Virus record (IMG/VR): IMGVR_UViG_3300043773_001180
Location: 1 to 53,067 of that record
DNA: 53,067 bases
Strand: one strand, 5' to 3'
Source: a virus
Taxonomy: Duplodnaviria; Caudoviricetes
Each line of letters starts with the position of its first letter. Position 1 is the stretch's first letter. A program made the translations under genes and the position numbers. The notes under the pieces are model-generated. The model searched no databases and was not told the DNA's origin. It saw only the letters and a list, made by a program, of their open reading frames with translations. Positions 10,106 through 19,378 of the stretch are shown one piece after another.

Positions 10106-10115
10106 TATAAATATA
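10106..10115 (-). promoter_or_regulatory. Putative late promoter TATATTTATA
   Basis: Conserved intergenic motif upstream of the leader-gene trio. Confidence 0.6.
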
Positions 10116-10120
10116 CCCAA

Positions 10121-10540
10121 TCACAAACATTCATTCAACCATTCTTGTGGAATTTCTTTCTTTGACCATAACCAACCACGTTTCTCACAGAATTGGGCAT
10201 ACGTTGTTTTACTTCCCTTATAGAGTTTTGCATTTGGATTCTGAAAGACAAACCTGATGTCTATATTTGGATATTGATCAAATATCAGTTCCATCTTGTC
10301 TCTATCGGCTTTTACCCATCTACCTTTTGTTTCAATATACATCGTGTTACCACTTTTCTTTTGTAAAACAAAGTCAGGTGTGTAGGTGTGATTTGTGGCC
10401 GGTTTAATATACGAAAGTTTTTCTATTTCGTAACCGAATTTTTTTTTAGAGGTTTTAAGGGATTCATTTATGGTATCTTCAAGTCCCGATTTAAATCCAT
10501 GTTTTATGGCAACTGCATTTCTTTTCATCTTACGCGTCAA
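10121..10540 (-). CDS. Endonuclease I (T7 gp3-like Holliday junction resolvase)
   Basis: FKSGLE...YTPDF...IETKGRW...DR, PD-(D/E)xK pattern. Confidence 0.88.
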   Translation of the reverse strand: MTRKMKRNAVAIKHGFKSGLEDTINESLKTSKKKFGYEIEKLSYIKPATNHTYTPDFVLQKKSGNTMYIETKGRWVKADRDKMELIFDQYPNIDIRFVFQNPNAKLYKGSKTTYAQFCEKRGWLWSKKEIPQEWLNECL

Positions 10541-12272
10541 ATCTAATTATAACATTCATGTCCACATCATCTCTTTTTTCAAGTGGAGATGACAACTTAG
10601 CAACAGCAACAAGGTCTCTTTTATCATTGTATAATCCAATAGTTGTTATGTATGGATTAAAGAAAGAACTTGTTGTATAATCTTCAACTTGAATGGCGTA
10701 TGGATTTTTATCTTTATACACACTCAAATTTGTGGTAAAATTAAATTCGGACTTTCTAATTTTACAAGTAATTTCGTGTTCATAAAAAGTTGCGGTACTA
10801 CGAAAACTTCCTGTGAATCCATAATCAAGATTTGAATAATCATAATTACCAGTTCTTCCTAAAAAGGCATTTGCATATTTTGGTCTTGGGTCTGATATTA
10901 TAGCAATACCACTTTTATAGAATATGTTACCAATTCTATCAGTTTGATAAGCATATCCATTTTGGAAACTATTATTTCCTAAATATGAAATTTCCGTTGA
11001 AGACAATCCTTTATTATAAATACGAATTTCGTCTAATGACCCCGAAAACATTTTATTCGTTGTACCATTACCACCTATAAAAAAGTTATTTTCATTCGTA
11101 ACGTTTGAATAAATACTAGATGATACTGATGCATTTAACACACCATCTACCCAAATTTCAAATTTACTCGCAGTTTTTTGACAAACTATATGGTGCCATT
11201 GATTAGTTGTTAATTGTGATGATGTTACTTCCTGTGTCTGTATTCCCGAACTTTGTCCAAATTTTAATTTATAAGGAGTTGCAGACGTTCTATTATCGAG
11301 TCTTATATCAAACGGATATTGTGATGATGGAATTTCTTCGTAAGAATTACCAACCGGTCTTCCTGTTTTACGCACATATTTAGTATCACCGTCTATTGAA
11401 GTTCTTTTATCAAACAAAGAATTGTATGTATAAACTTCATTTGATTGTGTGGGTGGTACATTTATCCAAAAACTAAATGCAAAATCCTTTTTGTATGTGA
11501 AATTAAAGTTAGATTGATTTCTAACATCAAAATACCCACCGGCTAATGCAACCGATACACCACTTGATTGTGAGGTATCAGTCGTTGGTATTCCACTCAA
11601 ATATGTTATTTGTTTTGGATTAACTATACTAATGGTATTATCGTGATTTGAAGTATCGAGAACATAATGTAGTAATTTATTTCTGAAATTATACTCTCTG
11701 TATTTCTCGTTAAATCCAACATTTAATAGAAGGTATTGACTATCAACAAATTTCGTGGTATCAAATGTAGTATCTACAATATCACCGTTTGAATTATCCA
11801 TTATATCGTAATTCAAAGAAGATGTTGTTGTATTAAAATTATGGAATTTAAATGTTCCACGTCGGATTCCTTCACCAAAAACCCCCTGTGGCATAGAAAA
11901 CATAGAACTTGATTCGGCGAGATACAAGTTACGATTAAATTCGGTCAATAACGTCGGGTCTTTATCTTTTCTATTATCTGTATAAAAATTATGGTCTAAA
12001 TAATACCATAGCATTTTTGGATCAACACTCTGTGTGGTAAATTGACGTGAATATAATGAAGATGATATATTTACAACATTACCATAATACAAGTGATTTT
12101 CAGGATATAAAACACGATATACGTTTATATCAAAATTTCTATAATAGTTTGAGTGAGAAACTTCTGTTTTTAATTCCCATTTTTTGTAAACTTCAAAAGG
12201 TTTAACAGTATAATCACCCTTTCTTAGTTTCTTCCAAACTAAACTTACTTTATTTCCAAATTGAAATGACAT
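10530..12272 (-). CDS. Virion/baseplate protein with LamG-like domain and conserved C-terminal domain (paralogue 5)
   Basis: FSFW, WHHIV, IWVDG, SLDEIRIYNKGLS; ends YITTIGLYND..LVAVAKLSSP. Confidence 0.75.
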   Translation of the reverse strand: MSFQFGNKVSLVWKKLRKGDYTVKPFEVYKKWELKTEVSHSNYYRNFDINVYRVLYPENHLYYGNVVNISSSLYSRQFTTQSVDPKMLWYYLDHNFYTDNRKDKDPTLLTEFNRNLYLAESSSMFSMPQGVFGEGIRRGTFKFHNFNTTTSSLNYDIMDNSNGDIVDTTFDTTKFVDSQYLLLNVGFNEKYREYNFRNKLLHYVLDTSNHDNTISIVNPKQITYLSGIPTTDTSQSSGVSVALAGGYFDVRNQSNFNFTYKKDFAFSFWINVPPTQSNEVYTYNSLFDKRTSIDGDTKYVRKTGRPVGNSYEEIPSSQYPFDIRLDNRTSATPYKLKFGQSSGIQTQEVTSSQLTTNQWHHIVCQKTASKFEIWVDGVLNASVSSSIYSNVTNENNFFIGGNGTTNKMFSGSLDEIRIYNKGLSSTEISYLGNNSFQNGYAYQTDRIGNIFYKSGIAIISDPRPKYANAFLGRTGNYDYSNLDYGFTGSFRSTATFYEHEITCKIRKSEFNFTTNLSVYKDKNPYAIQVEDYTTSSFFNPYITTIGLYNDKRDLVAVAKLSSPLEKRDDVDMNVIIRFDA

Positions 12273-12273
12273 A

Positions 12274-14007
12274 TTAGTTTAATCTCAATCTTACTTGAAA
12301 AATATATTCAGTACCAGCATTCTTTAAAAGAGGTTGTGGTAATTTACCAACTGCAACTAACTCGTTATTTCTATTGTAAAGACCAATAGATGTTATGTAT
12401 GAATTTGGTTCACGTCTGAACATTAAATTGTTTACTTCACCCTTACTACCGGTGATATACGTATAATTATTGGAATAATTAAACTCATAGTAATTTGCTC
12501 TACAAAAGTATGTTTCAACTAATGATTCTTCGGTAGAACGTGCAAAGAAAGAGCCGGTTTGGGTTCTGGATAAAGTTTGAACGGAAGAACCACTTATTGA
12601 GATAAAAAGTTTTCTAATATTATCACCATCAATAGATGCAGTAACTGTATTAAATGAACAAGATTGGTCTAACACCACACCGTCTAATATAATCAATCCC
12701 ATTTTTGGAAATACAATACCCCATGCATCATCATCGGTATCACCATATACACCTTCTTGTAAAGATCCAGATGTTACATAATAGTAGTCATATATTCCTT
12801 CACTATCGGTAATAACTTCGGCAGTATCTTTGCTTTCATCGATAAGGGTGTAAATTACATCAGAGGTTTGATTCAAACTAAAATTACTGCCAGTATTGTA
12901 TAATTGATTTGCACTTGATGAAAGTGGGGAAAGATATAATTGAAAATTACCCGGATCAAGTCTATCTTTAAATAAATCCCTATCTATTTGTATTGCATAA
13001 AAATAATCGCCATTTTTCCCATTCTTGAATTTAAATTTTCCTTTGTTTGTACCAAAGCATTCCAACAAATACTTTCTGTACATTGTTTTTGAAGGAAGTA
13101 AATCTTCTCCGTTTTCAATATACTTTGATCCAGACCCACTTATATGTGCAAAACTTATATCGAATTGATGATATGAGTCTTCGGAATTTTGTGGGTTATT
13201 ATAAATAGGAATATAATACTTTTTGTTTTTATCAGTTAGAGAACCGGTGTAAAATGTTGATAGTTTCTCATCCATACATTTAAACAAACCACGAGTTTTA
13301 TAGTTCATCGTCGGTACTGCATAATCAGATACTCGTGATAATTTTTTAAAACAATAAACGTCATCCTCATCTTCAGTTAAATCTTCGATTATCTGGTCTA
13401 TAAATTCAGAAAATGTATCTAATTCATCCATAACATCTTTATCCGGCGTCATAATTATTGCAGTTTTACTATCACCTATTATGTTAGATGTCAATGAAAA
13501 AGTTATCATGTCATCGCTATTTGTAATAACGATTTCAGTTGATGACGGAAAGTTGTTATTTTTTTGAAATTCGATATAACTTTGAATTAAAAAAAGTAAT
13601 TTTTCATTTGAAATGAAATTAATTTTTTTAGAATTTATCGTATAGTCTTCGGTTGGGTTTCCCGTTGCATTCAAGGAAATTCCTGTTAAACTAAGGCCTG
13701 ATTTTCTTAATTTAAGTTCGGAGATAGACTCTTTTATTTTATATGAAAGTTTTTCATATTCTATTTCCGGAGTAGAACCACCTGTAATATTGGATAAGAC
13801 AAATGTTTCAGGATATTTCTCAACCAAATCGATAAAAAATTTAATAGATACTTCTTCACAAAATCTATCCAACATATCCTCATGTATATCATTTTGATTT
13901 AATATAGATGGGAATGGGGTATTTTTTAGTGTATCAATTAACGTATAGTTATCAACATTTGTTAAATCCAACGTATCAATATTTAAGATGTTTCTGGCAT
14001 TATCCAT
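12274..14007 (-). CDS. Virion/baseplate protein (paralogue 4)
   Basis: FKDRLDPGNFQL, GIVFPKMG, FNYSNN, YITSIGLYN..ELVAVGKL. Confidence 0.7.
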   Translation of the reverse strand: MDNARNILNIDTLDLTNVDNYTLIDTLKNTPFPSILNQNDIHEDMLDRFCEEVSIKFFIDLVEKYPETFVLSNITGGSTPEIEYEKLSYKIKESISELKLRKSGLSLTGISLNATGNPTEDYTINSKKINFISNEKLLFLIQSYIEFQKNNNFPSSTEIVITNSDDMITFSLTSNIIGDSKTAIIMTPDKDVMDELDTFSEFIDQIIEDLTEDEDDVYCFKKLSRVSDYAVPTMNYKTRGLFKCMDEKLSTFYTGSLTDKNKKYYIPIYNNPQNSEDSYHQFDISFAHISGSGSKYIENGEDLLPSKTMYRKYLLECFGTNKGKFKFKNGKNGDYFYAIQIDRDLFKDRLDPGNFQLYLSPLSSSANQLYNTGSNFSLNQTSDVIYTLIDESKDTAEVITDSEGIYDYYYVTSGSLQEGVYGDTDDDAWGIVFPKMGLIILDGVVLDQSCSFNTVTASIDGDNIRKLFISISGSSVQTLSRTQTGSFFARSTEESLVETYFCRANYYEFNYSNNYTYITGSKGEVNNLMFRREPNSYITSIGLYNRNNELVAVGKLPQPLLKNAGTEYIFQVRLRLN

Positions 14008-14008
14008 G

Positions 14009-16480
14009 TTACCAATTCAATCTTATTTTGATTAATAAATCATCATCCGATGTCTTCTTAATCGGTTTACTTAATTTTGCAACCGCCAAAAGTTCTCTCT
14101 TGTCATTATAAAGACCAACCGATGTAACGTATGTAGTAGGATCTTTTTGAAAACAAACATTTCTAAGTTTTCCTGAAGAAAATCCAGATAAATCAGATAT
14201 AAATGTTGGATTATTACTATAATTGGCATTTGGAGGTGAAACTCTCACAAAGTAATGATTTGTTGTTTTATATTTAACGTTTCTTGCCTTAATATGTGAA
14301 TTAAGAACACCCGAACCACTTATTGACGTAAATAATTTCATAGCATTATCACCAGCGATATTACTTCCCGTAACAGTATTAAAGTTCATCAATGAATCCA
14401 TCTTTGCCGGGTCAAATATCATAATACCGAGATTGGGATAAAATTTACCGTAAGTCGTTAACAATGAACCCGTACCACTCGAATGAATACCATCATTTAA
14501 ACTACCACTAACAATATCGTATGAAACGTATGGATCTTCACTACAACTTGTCAAATCAGACCTATCACCGGAATTATCAATAAAGGTGTATATTGTTGAA
14601 CCAGATGGTTGAACATTACTTCCGGTAAATACATTGTTGGCATAAGAATTACCATTTAACGGTCTAAGTGCAATTTCAAAATTACCAGGATCAATTCTAT
14701 CACTAAGTCCTGTACGATAAAAATTTATAGCATAAATATCTTCTGATTCAGATTCCACACCGGAAGAATAGAATTTAAATTTTCGTTCGGGTTCGTCTAA
14801 TGCAAGTAATCTATATTGTGAATATATTGCTCTTGTTGGCGTATCATTTGTTTCACCCGAAGATGCAATAGATCCAGAACCACTTACGTGTCCATAAGCA
14901 ACTGCAAAATATGGCGTAGAATCACAATCACAATCAGTTACTTCATAATAATATTCTTTTGAAGAAGTTGGTTGTGTAGAACTTGTTAAATAACAACTCA
15001 TAGATTGTGATAGATTAAATAAACCACGAGTATTTGCAGTTACTTTACCGTCAACAATATCCTTACCAAGCATTAATGGGTGATAAATTTTAATAGACTC
15101 ATCTTGACAGTCACCTCTAACGGAGAAAGGTACAAACGGGTCTAATCTACGACCGGGTGGTAAAACTAGTTTTGCAGGAAGTCCATCGGTATATGTTTCC
15201 GTTGAATATTTAAATTCAGTATCACCAGGACATTTTATTTTAACTCTAACTATGTTATATTGTTTACACCCACACGGGTCAGTTGGGTCATTCAATACAG
15301 AATCTTCTTCATAAATTTCTTCACATTGACATTCCTTTAGATTTCTCTTAGACTCATCAAACCTTTGTGAAATCCAAGTTGGGTCTGATTTTTGTGTTCT
15401 CAATACATTAATAATGTGCGTAAAAAAACACTCATTGTCTTGATACTGATATGTAAATGTTGATACAAATGTTGTTACTACGACTTGTCTGAATCCAACA
15501 AAACAAGTATTATTAGGTACTGAACTTAATTCAGAATCTGTATTAGTAGTTGATGATATTTCTCTAAAGCCCGTCTCGTCTATTCTAAAATACCCGGTGG
15601 GGATTTTTATATTTAAAAATTCCTCTTCTGTTACTTCTGGTTTTAAATTCCAAGTATCGTTACATGGGTCATCGCCACCACCTATTTTTCCACAATCTAT
15701 TTCACAATTTTTATTTGTGTTAACGGCATCATCAAATGGAATTATCGCCTGAGCAGAATTTGATATTGCATTTGCGTTTGTTGCCAACGATAGTGTTGTA
15801 TTTAAATCCCCACTCGTTGATACCTCATATAAAATTTTCCAAGTAAAGTTGTTTCTTCTACTTGAATTGTAGAAATTAGATAGAGATGTAAATCGTGTAT
15901 CGGTAAACACAGTTTTATTATCTAACACAGAAATCTTTGTTAAATTATTTGGGTCATAATCCCACACATTTGACCAAGATACCGCATCAAATTTTAATTG
16001 TTTTTTTCCACTTACACAATCACTATAATAAAGAAATTGAGATATATCAATAGTTGCAATTATTGATTTACTACCCGGTCCGATGGTTGTTATACCGGAA
16101 ATTCCACCAGATGTCTTATCACAGATTATATCGATATACAAGTTACATCCAGACCAATATGGATTTCCAAAGTAATAAACACAGGAATCTGTTGTGTTAT
16201 TGGTTGAAGATATTGGTGATATAGTATTTGTACCGCCGGTAGATGTAATTGTGGGTGAAAGAACGACTCCACGTTGAGATGGGGAATCGGCAATAGGACT
16301 TGGCATTATTGAATTTTGTTGAGCAAGTAAAACAGCAGATGCCGCTTCTTGTGCTGCCTTTTTTATAACATCAGTCTGTGATTGTTGTTGTAATAACAAC
16401 TGTGCATTCAAAATATTTTGAATTGCAAGATTTTGTGCCGAGTTCTGAACATCTAGATTATCTGTGATTTGGTTTGCCAT
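14009..16480 (-). CDS. Virion/baseplate protein with Cys-rich N-terminal region (paralogue 3)
   Basis: PTRAIYSQYR, DRIDPGNFE, FYPNLG, YVTSVGLYND..LLAVAKLSKP. Confidence 0.7.
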   Translation of the reverse strand: MANQITDNLDVQNSAQNLAIQNILNAQLLLQQQSQTDVIKKAAQEAASAVLLAQQNSIMPSPIADSPSQRGVVLSPTITSTGGTNTISPISSTNNTTDSCVYYFGNPYWSGCNLYIDIICDKTSGGISGITTIGPGSKSIIATIDISQFLYYSDCVSGKKQLKFDAVSWSNVWDYDPNNLTKISVLDNKTVFTDTRFTSLSNFYNSSRRNNFTWKILYEVSTSGDLNTTLSLATNANAISNSAQAIIPFDDAVNTNKNCEIDCGKIGGGDDPCNDTWNLKPEVTEEEFLNIKIPTGYFRIDETGFREISSTTNTDSELSSVPNNTCFVGFRQVVVTTFVSTFTYQYQDNECFFTHIINVLRTQKSDPTWISQRFDESKRNLKECQCEEIYEEDSVLNDPTDPCGCKQYNIVRVKIKCPGDTEFKYSTETYTDGLPAKLVLPPGRRLDPFVPFSVRGDCQDESIKIYHPLMLGKDIVDGKVTANTRGLFNLSQSMSCYLTSSTQPTSSKEYYYEVTDCDCDSTPYFAVAYGHVSGSGSIASSGETNDTPTRAIYSQYRLLALDEPERKFKFYSSGVESESEDIYAINFYRTGLSDRIDPGNFEIALRPLNGNSYANNVFTGSNVQPSGSTIYTFIDNSGDRSDLTSCSEDPYVSYDIVSGSLNDGIHSSGTGSLLTTYGKFYPNLGIMIFDPAKMDSLMNFNTVTGSNIAGDNAMKLFTSISGSGVLNSHIKARNVKYKTTNHYFVRVSPPNANYSNNPTFISDLSGFSSGKLRNVCFQKDPTTYVTSVGLYNDKRELLAVAKLSKPIKKTSDDDLLIKIRLNW

Positions 16481-16491
16481 AATTTTTTATA

Positions 16492-17526
16492 TTAAAAGTC
16501 TAATTTTACTTTAATTACAAGTTCCTTTTCAAAGGATTTTCTAACTGGTTTACTCAATTTTGCAACCGCCAAAAGTTGTTCATCATCATCATACAATCCA
16601 ATAGACGTTACATACGATTGTGGATCCAATTTCATAGAATCATATTTTAGTTTGGATGTACTACCTGAAAGAAAACTTGGGTTATTTGAATAATTAAATT
16701 CCCCGTTATACAATCTAACAAAGTAATATGTTGATGAAATTGCCTCACTTGTTCTTCCTTGAAAGGCATAATCTGTGTTATTGGCCATAGCACCACTAAT
16801 AGATGTAAATAACTTAAATGCGTTATCAAATCCACTAGCAGTTGCAGGAACTCGTTGTGTGCTAAAAGAAGCAGATGCATCAAGTGCCTTTCCATTTAAT
16901 ACAATTATTCCATTATCGGGATAAAATAAACCCCACGGAGTTGAATCTGATGTATAAATTCCATTTGTAATACTACCACTACGAATATTATAAACACGAC
17001 CACCTTGTTGTGCAAATTCCGTAGTAGATGTAGTTGCATCATCAATTAGAGTTATTTTATTGGCACCCGAACCGGATATTGAAAGTTGCCAGGTTTTCGT
17101 GTCCATTCTATCTTTAAAACGAGAACGATTTACATTTACAACGTAAACATACTCCGATGTTTCTCCGTTTTGGAATGTAAACATAGTTTGTCCTGCAGGC
17201 AACAATAATTGACGATATTGAGCATAAATTGCCTTTGTTGGATAATCGTATAGATTTTGACCCGATGATCCAGTTGATGACCCACTTCCCATTAAATCCC
17301 CGTATGCTATACTAAATTGTGCCTCTGCTCCTTGAATATTCGATTGACTATTGAATACCTCATAGTAATATCGTTTTTGATTAGCAGATTGTGCAGAACT
17401 CGTATAAATGGCATATAAAGATGCTTGGCTCTTAGACCAAAGAGGGGCTGTAACTATTTCTTTTTGATTTGGAGCAACGTCTGTTCCATCGATAAAAGGT
17501 TTAAATATTGGTGTAAATTCTGCCAT
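16492..17526 (-). CDS. Virion/baseplate protein (paralogue 2)
   Basis: PTKAIYAQYR, FYPDNG, FNYSNNP, YVTSIGLYDD..LLAVAKLSKP. Confidence 0.7.
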   Translation of the reverse strand: MAEFTPIFKPFIDGTDVAPNQKEIVTAPLWSKSQASLYAIYTSSAQSANQKRYYYEVFNSQSNIQGAEAQFSIAYGDLMGSGSSTGSSGQNLYDYPTKAIYAQYRQLLLPAGQTMFTFQNGETSEYVYVVNVNRSRFKDRMDTKTWQLSISGSGANKITLIDDATTSTTEFAQQGGRVYNIRSGSITNGIYTSDSTPWGLFYPDNGIIVLNGKALDASASFSTQRVPATASGFDNAFKLFTSISGAMANNTDYAFQGRTSEAISSTYYFVRLYNGEFNYSNNPSFLSGSTSKLKYDSMKLDPQSYVTSIGLYDDDEQLLAVAKLSKPVRKSFEKELVIKVKLDF

Positions 17527-17530
17527 AATA

Positions 17531-18637
17531 TTAATACTCTAATTTTACAGTAATTGATAATTCGCCACTAAATGATTTCTGTATGGGTTTACTCATTTTT
17601 GCAATAGCAAGAAGTTCATTCCTATCATTGAAAAGACCAACAGATGTAATGTATGTAACTGGCTCATATTGAAACTTCGTATTTGATAGTTTACCACTTT
17701 GTGCCAAATCAGTTGAAGTTGAAGTATATGTTGGATTATTTGAATAATTAAAATCTTGGTTATAAATTCTAACAAAATAATAATCTTGCTCTTTAATATC
17801 AACAGCACGTGCAGTGAATCCACTATTAAGTACACCCGACCCACTTATCGATTTAAATAACTTCATTGAATTGTCACCGGCGATATTACTACCGGTCACG
17901 GTATTAAAACTTGCAGATGCATTTAGTGAAGCGGCATCTATAATAATAGTACCCAAATCTGGATAAACCAATCCATAATAATGTGGACTAGATGGATTAT
18001 AAATTCCACCTTCGATTGTACCACTTACAAGTGCTCTAACATTAGAAGGAATACCACCATAACCCAATGTATCGGTTGCATCACTTGAATCATCTATTAA
18101 AGTTATAACTATATTTGAAGATGAAACGGCAACGTTACTTCCTGTGTAAACTGAATTTGCATAAGCACCACCATTAAGACGAGCTAAAGATAATTCAAAA
18201 TTACCTGGATCTAATTTATCACCAAGTTTTACTCTATCAAAATTTATAGCGTAAAAATGTTGAATTTCAGTTGGTGTTGTGGTTGAATCTTTATGTTTAA
18301 ATGTTGTTTCATTCGGGTCAAGACACAATAATCTATATTGAGAATATATTGCACGTGTTGGTGTATCACTTGATTCACCACCTGAATTTAAAGAACCAGA
18401 CCCACTTATATGACCATAAGCAACTGAAAAAACTGATTGGTCGTTACACGTAGCGGACGAGGATAACCAAACTTGATAGTAATATTGTTTAGATGATGTA
18501 TTTTGTGTTGAACTAGTATAAAACGTTAAAAGTTCTCCCGCACCATCTGACCAAAGACCTCGTGTAAATATTACCTTTTCCGTTAAATTTTGTGATCTCT
18601 CAATCGGCTTATAAACATTTGATTTATCAATAGCCAT
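17531..18637 (-). CDS. Virion/baseplate protein (paralogue 1)
   Basis: PTRAIYSQYR, DPGNFEL, VYPDLG, YITSVGLFND..LLAIAKMSKP. Confidence 0.7.
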   Translation of the reverse strand: MAIDKSNVYKPIERSQNLTEKVIFTRGLWSDGAGELLTFYTSSTQNTSSKQYYYQVWLSSSATCNDQSVFSVAYGHISGSGSLNSGGESSDTPTRAIYSQYRLLCLDPNETTFKHKDSTTTPTEIQHFYAINFDRVKLGDKLDPGNFELSLARLNGGAYANSVYTGSNVAVSSSNIVITLIDDSSDATDTLGYGGIPSNVRALVSGTIEGGIYNPSSPHYYGLVYPDLGTIIIDAASLNASASFNTVTGSNIAGDNSMKLFKSISGSGVLNSGFTARAVDIKEQDYYFVRIYNQDFNYSNNPTYTSTSTDLAQSGKLSNTKFQYEPVTYITSVGLFNDRNELLAIAKMSKPIQKSFSGELSITVKLEY

Positions 18638-18681
18638 ATTAATTCCTTTTTTAATTATTCAATGTATAACAAATTGTTAGA

Positions 18682-19320
18682 TTACGCCGCACTTATTGTT
18701 ACAGGTATAACCACTCTACCACCGGTATCATTTCCGGTAATAATAAGTTTTGTTGTTTTTTGTTCGCTAGTTGTGTTTGGTTTATATTGAAGTGTAAGAG
18801 TTCCAAGACCACCGGTTGCACTCACTTGCGCACTTACGGATGTTGCTATCTGATTGAATGAAGTGGTTGTTGGTGTTCCTTGAATCGTTACGAAGGTGGA
18901 ATCCAATATGGTAACTGTATATGATTTATTTAAATCACTTGGATTGGTTGTTTGACCATCACTTAAACTTGTAGAAATACTAATCACAGAAGTCTGTGAA
19001 GCGGCACTAAGTGTTACGGAACTAACATTGGTAGAAACAACCGGTAAATAAAGTTGACCTTTTGGAAGAGTAACTAGTTTGTATTTCATAACTTGTGTTT
19101 CGTCTGGAACTGCCTCTGTTACAGGCATACTTTCTATGGCAACACCATAATAGTTTTTACCAAGAGGGTGTGCAGGATTCCACAAATCATAATCTACCTC
19201 ATCATCTGCCAAGGCAAATTGTGTAATTTTAAAAGCATTTCTTCCTTGTGCGAGAAGCTCTCTACCCTTTTTAGTCAAAATAGCATCTACCGTGATTGAC
19301 GTGTTATCTAAATAACCCAT
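18682..19320 (-). CDS. Virion structural protein with tail-collar-like N-terminus
   Basis: AILTKKGRELLA...ITQFALAD; AGGAG ribosome-binding site; late motif upstream. Confidence 0.65.
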   Translation of the reverse strand: MGYLDNTSITVDAILTKKGRELLAQGRNAFKITQFALADDEVDYDLWNPAHPLGKNYYGVAIESMPVTEAVPDETQVMKYKLVTLPKGQLYLPVVSTNVSSVTLSAASQTSVISISTSLSDGQTTNPSDLNKSYTVTILDSTFVTIQGTPTTTSFNQIATSVSAQVSATGGLGTLTLQYKPNTTSEQKTTKLIITGNDTGGRVVIPVTISAA

Positions 19321-19352
19321 ATTATACTCCTAATGAAAATTGTTATTGTTAC

Positions 19353-19362
19353 TATAAATATA
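19353..19362 (-). promoter_or_regulatory. Putative late promoter TATATTTATA
   Basis: Conserved motif 33 bp upstream of a structural gene. Confidence 0.6.
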
Positions 19363-19378
19363 TGTTTCTAAAAAAATT

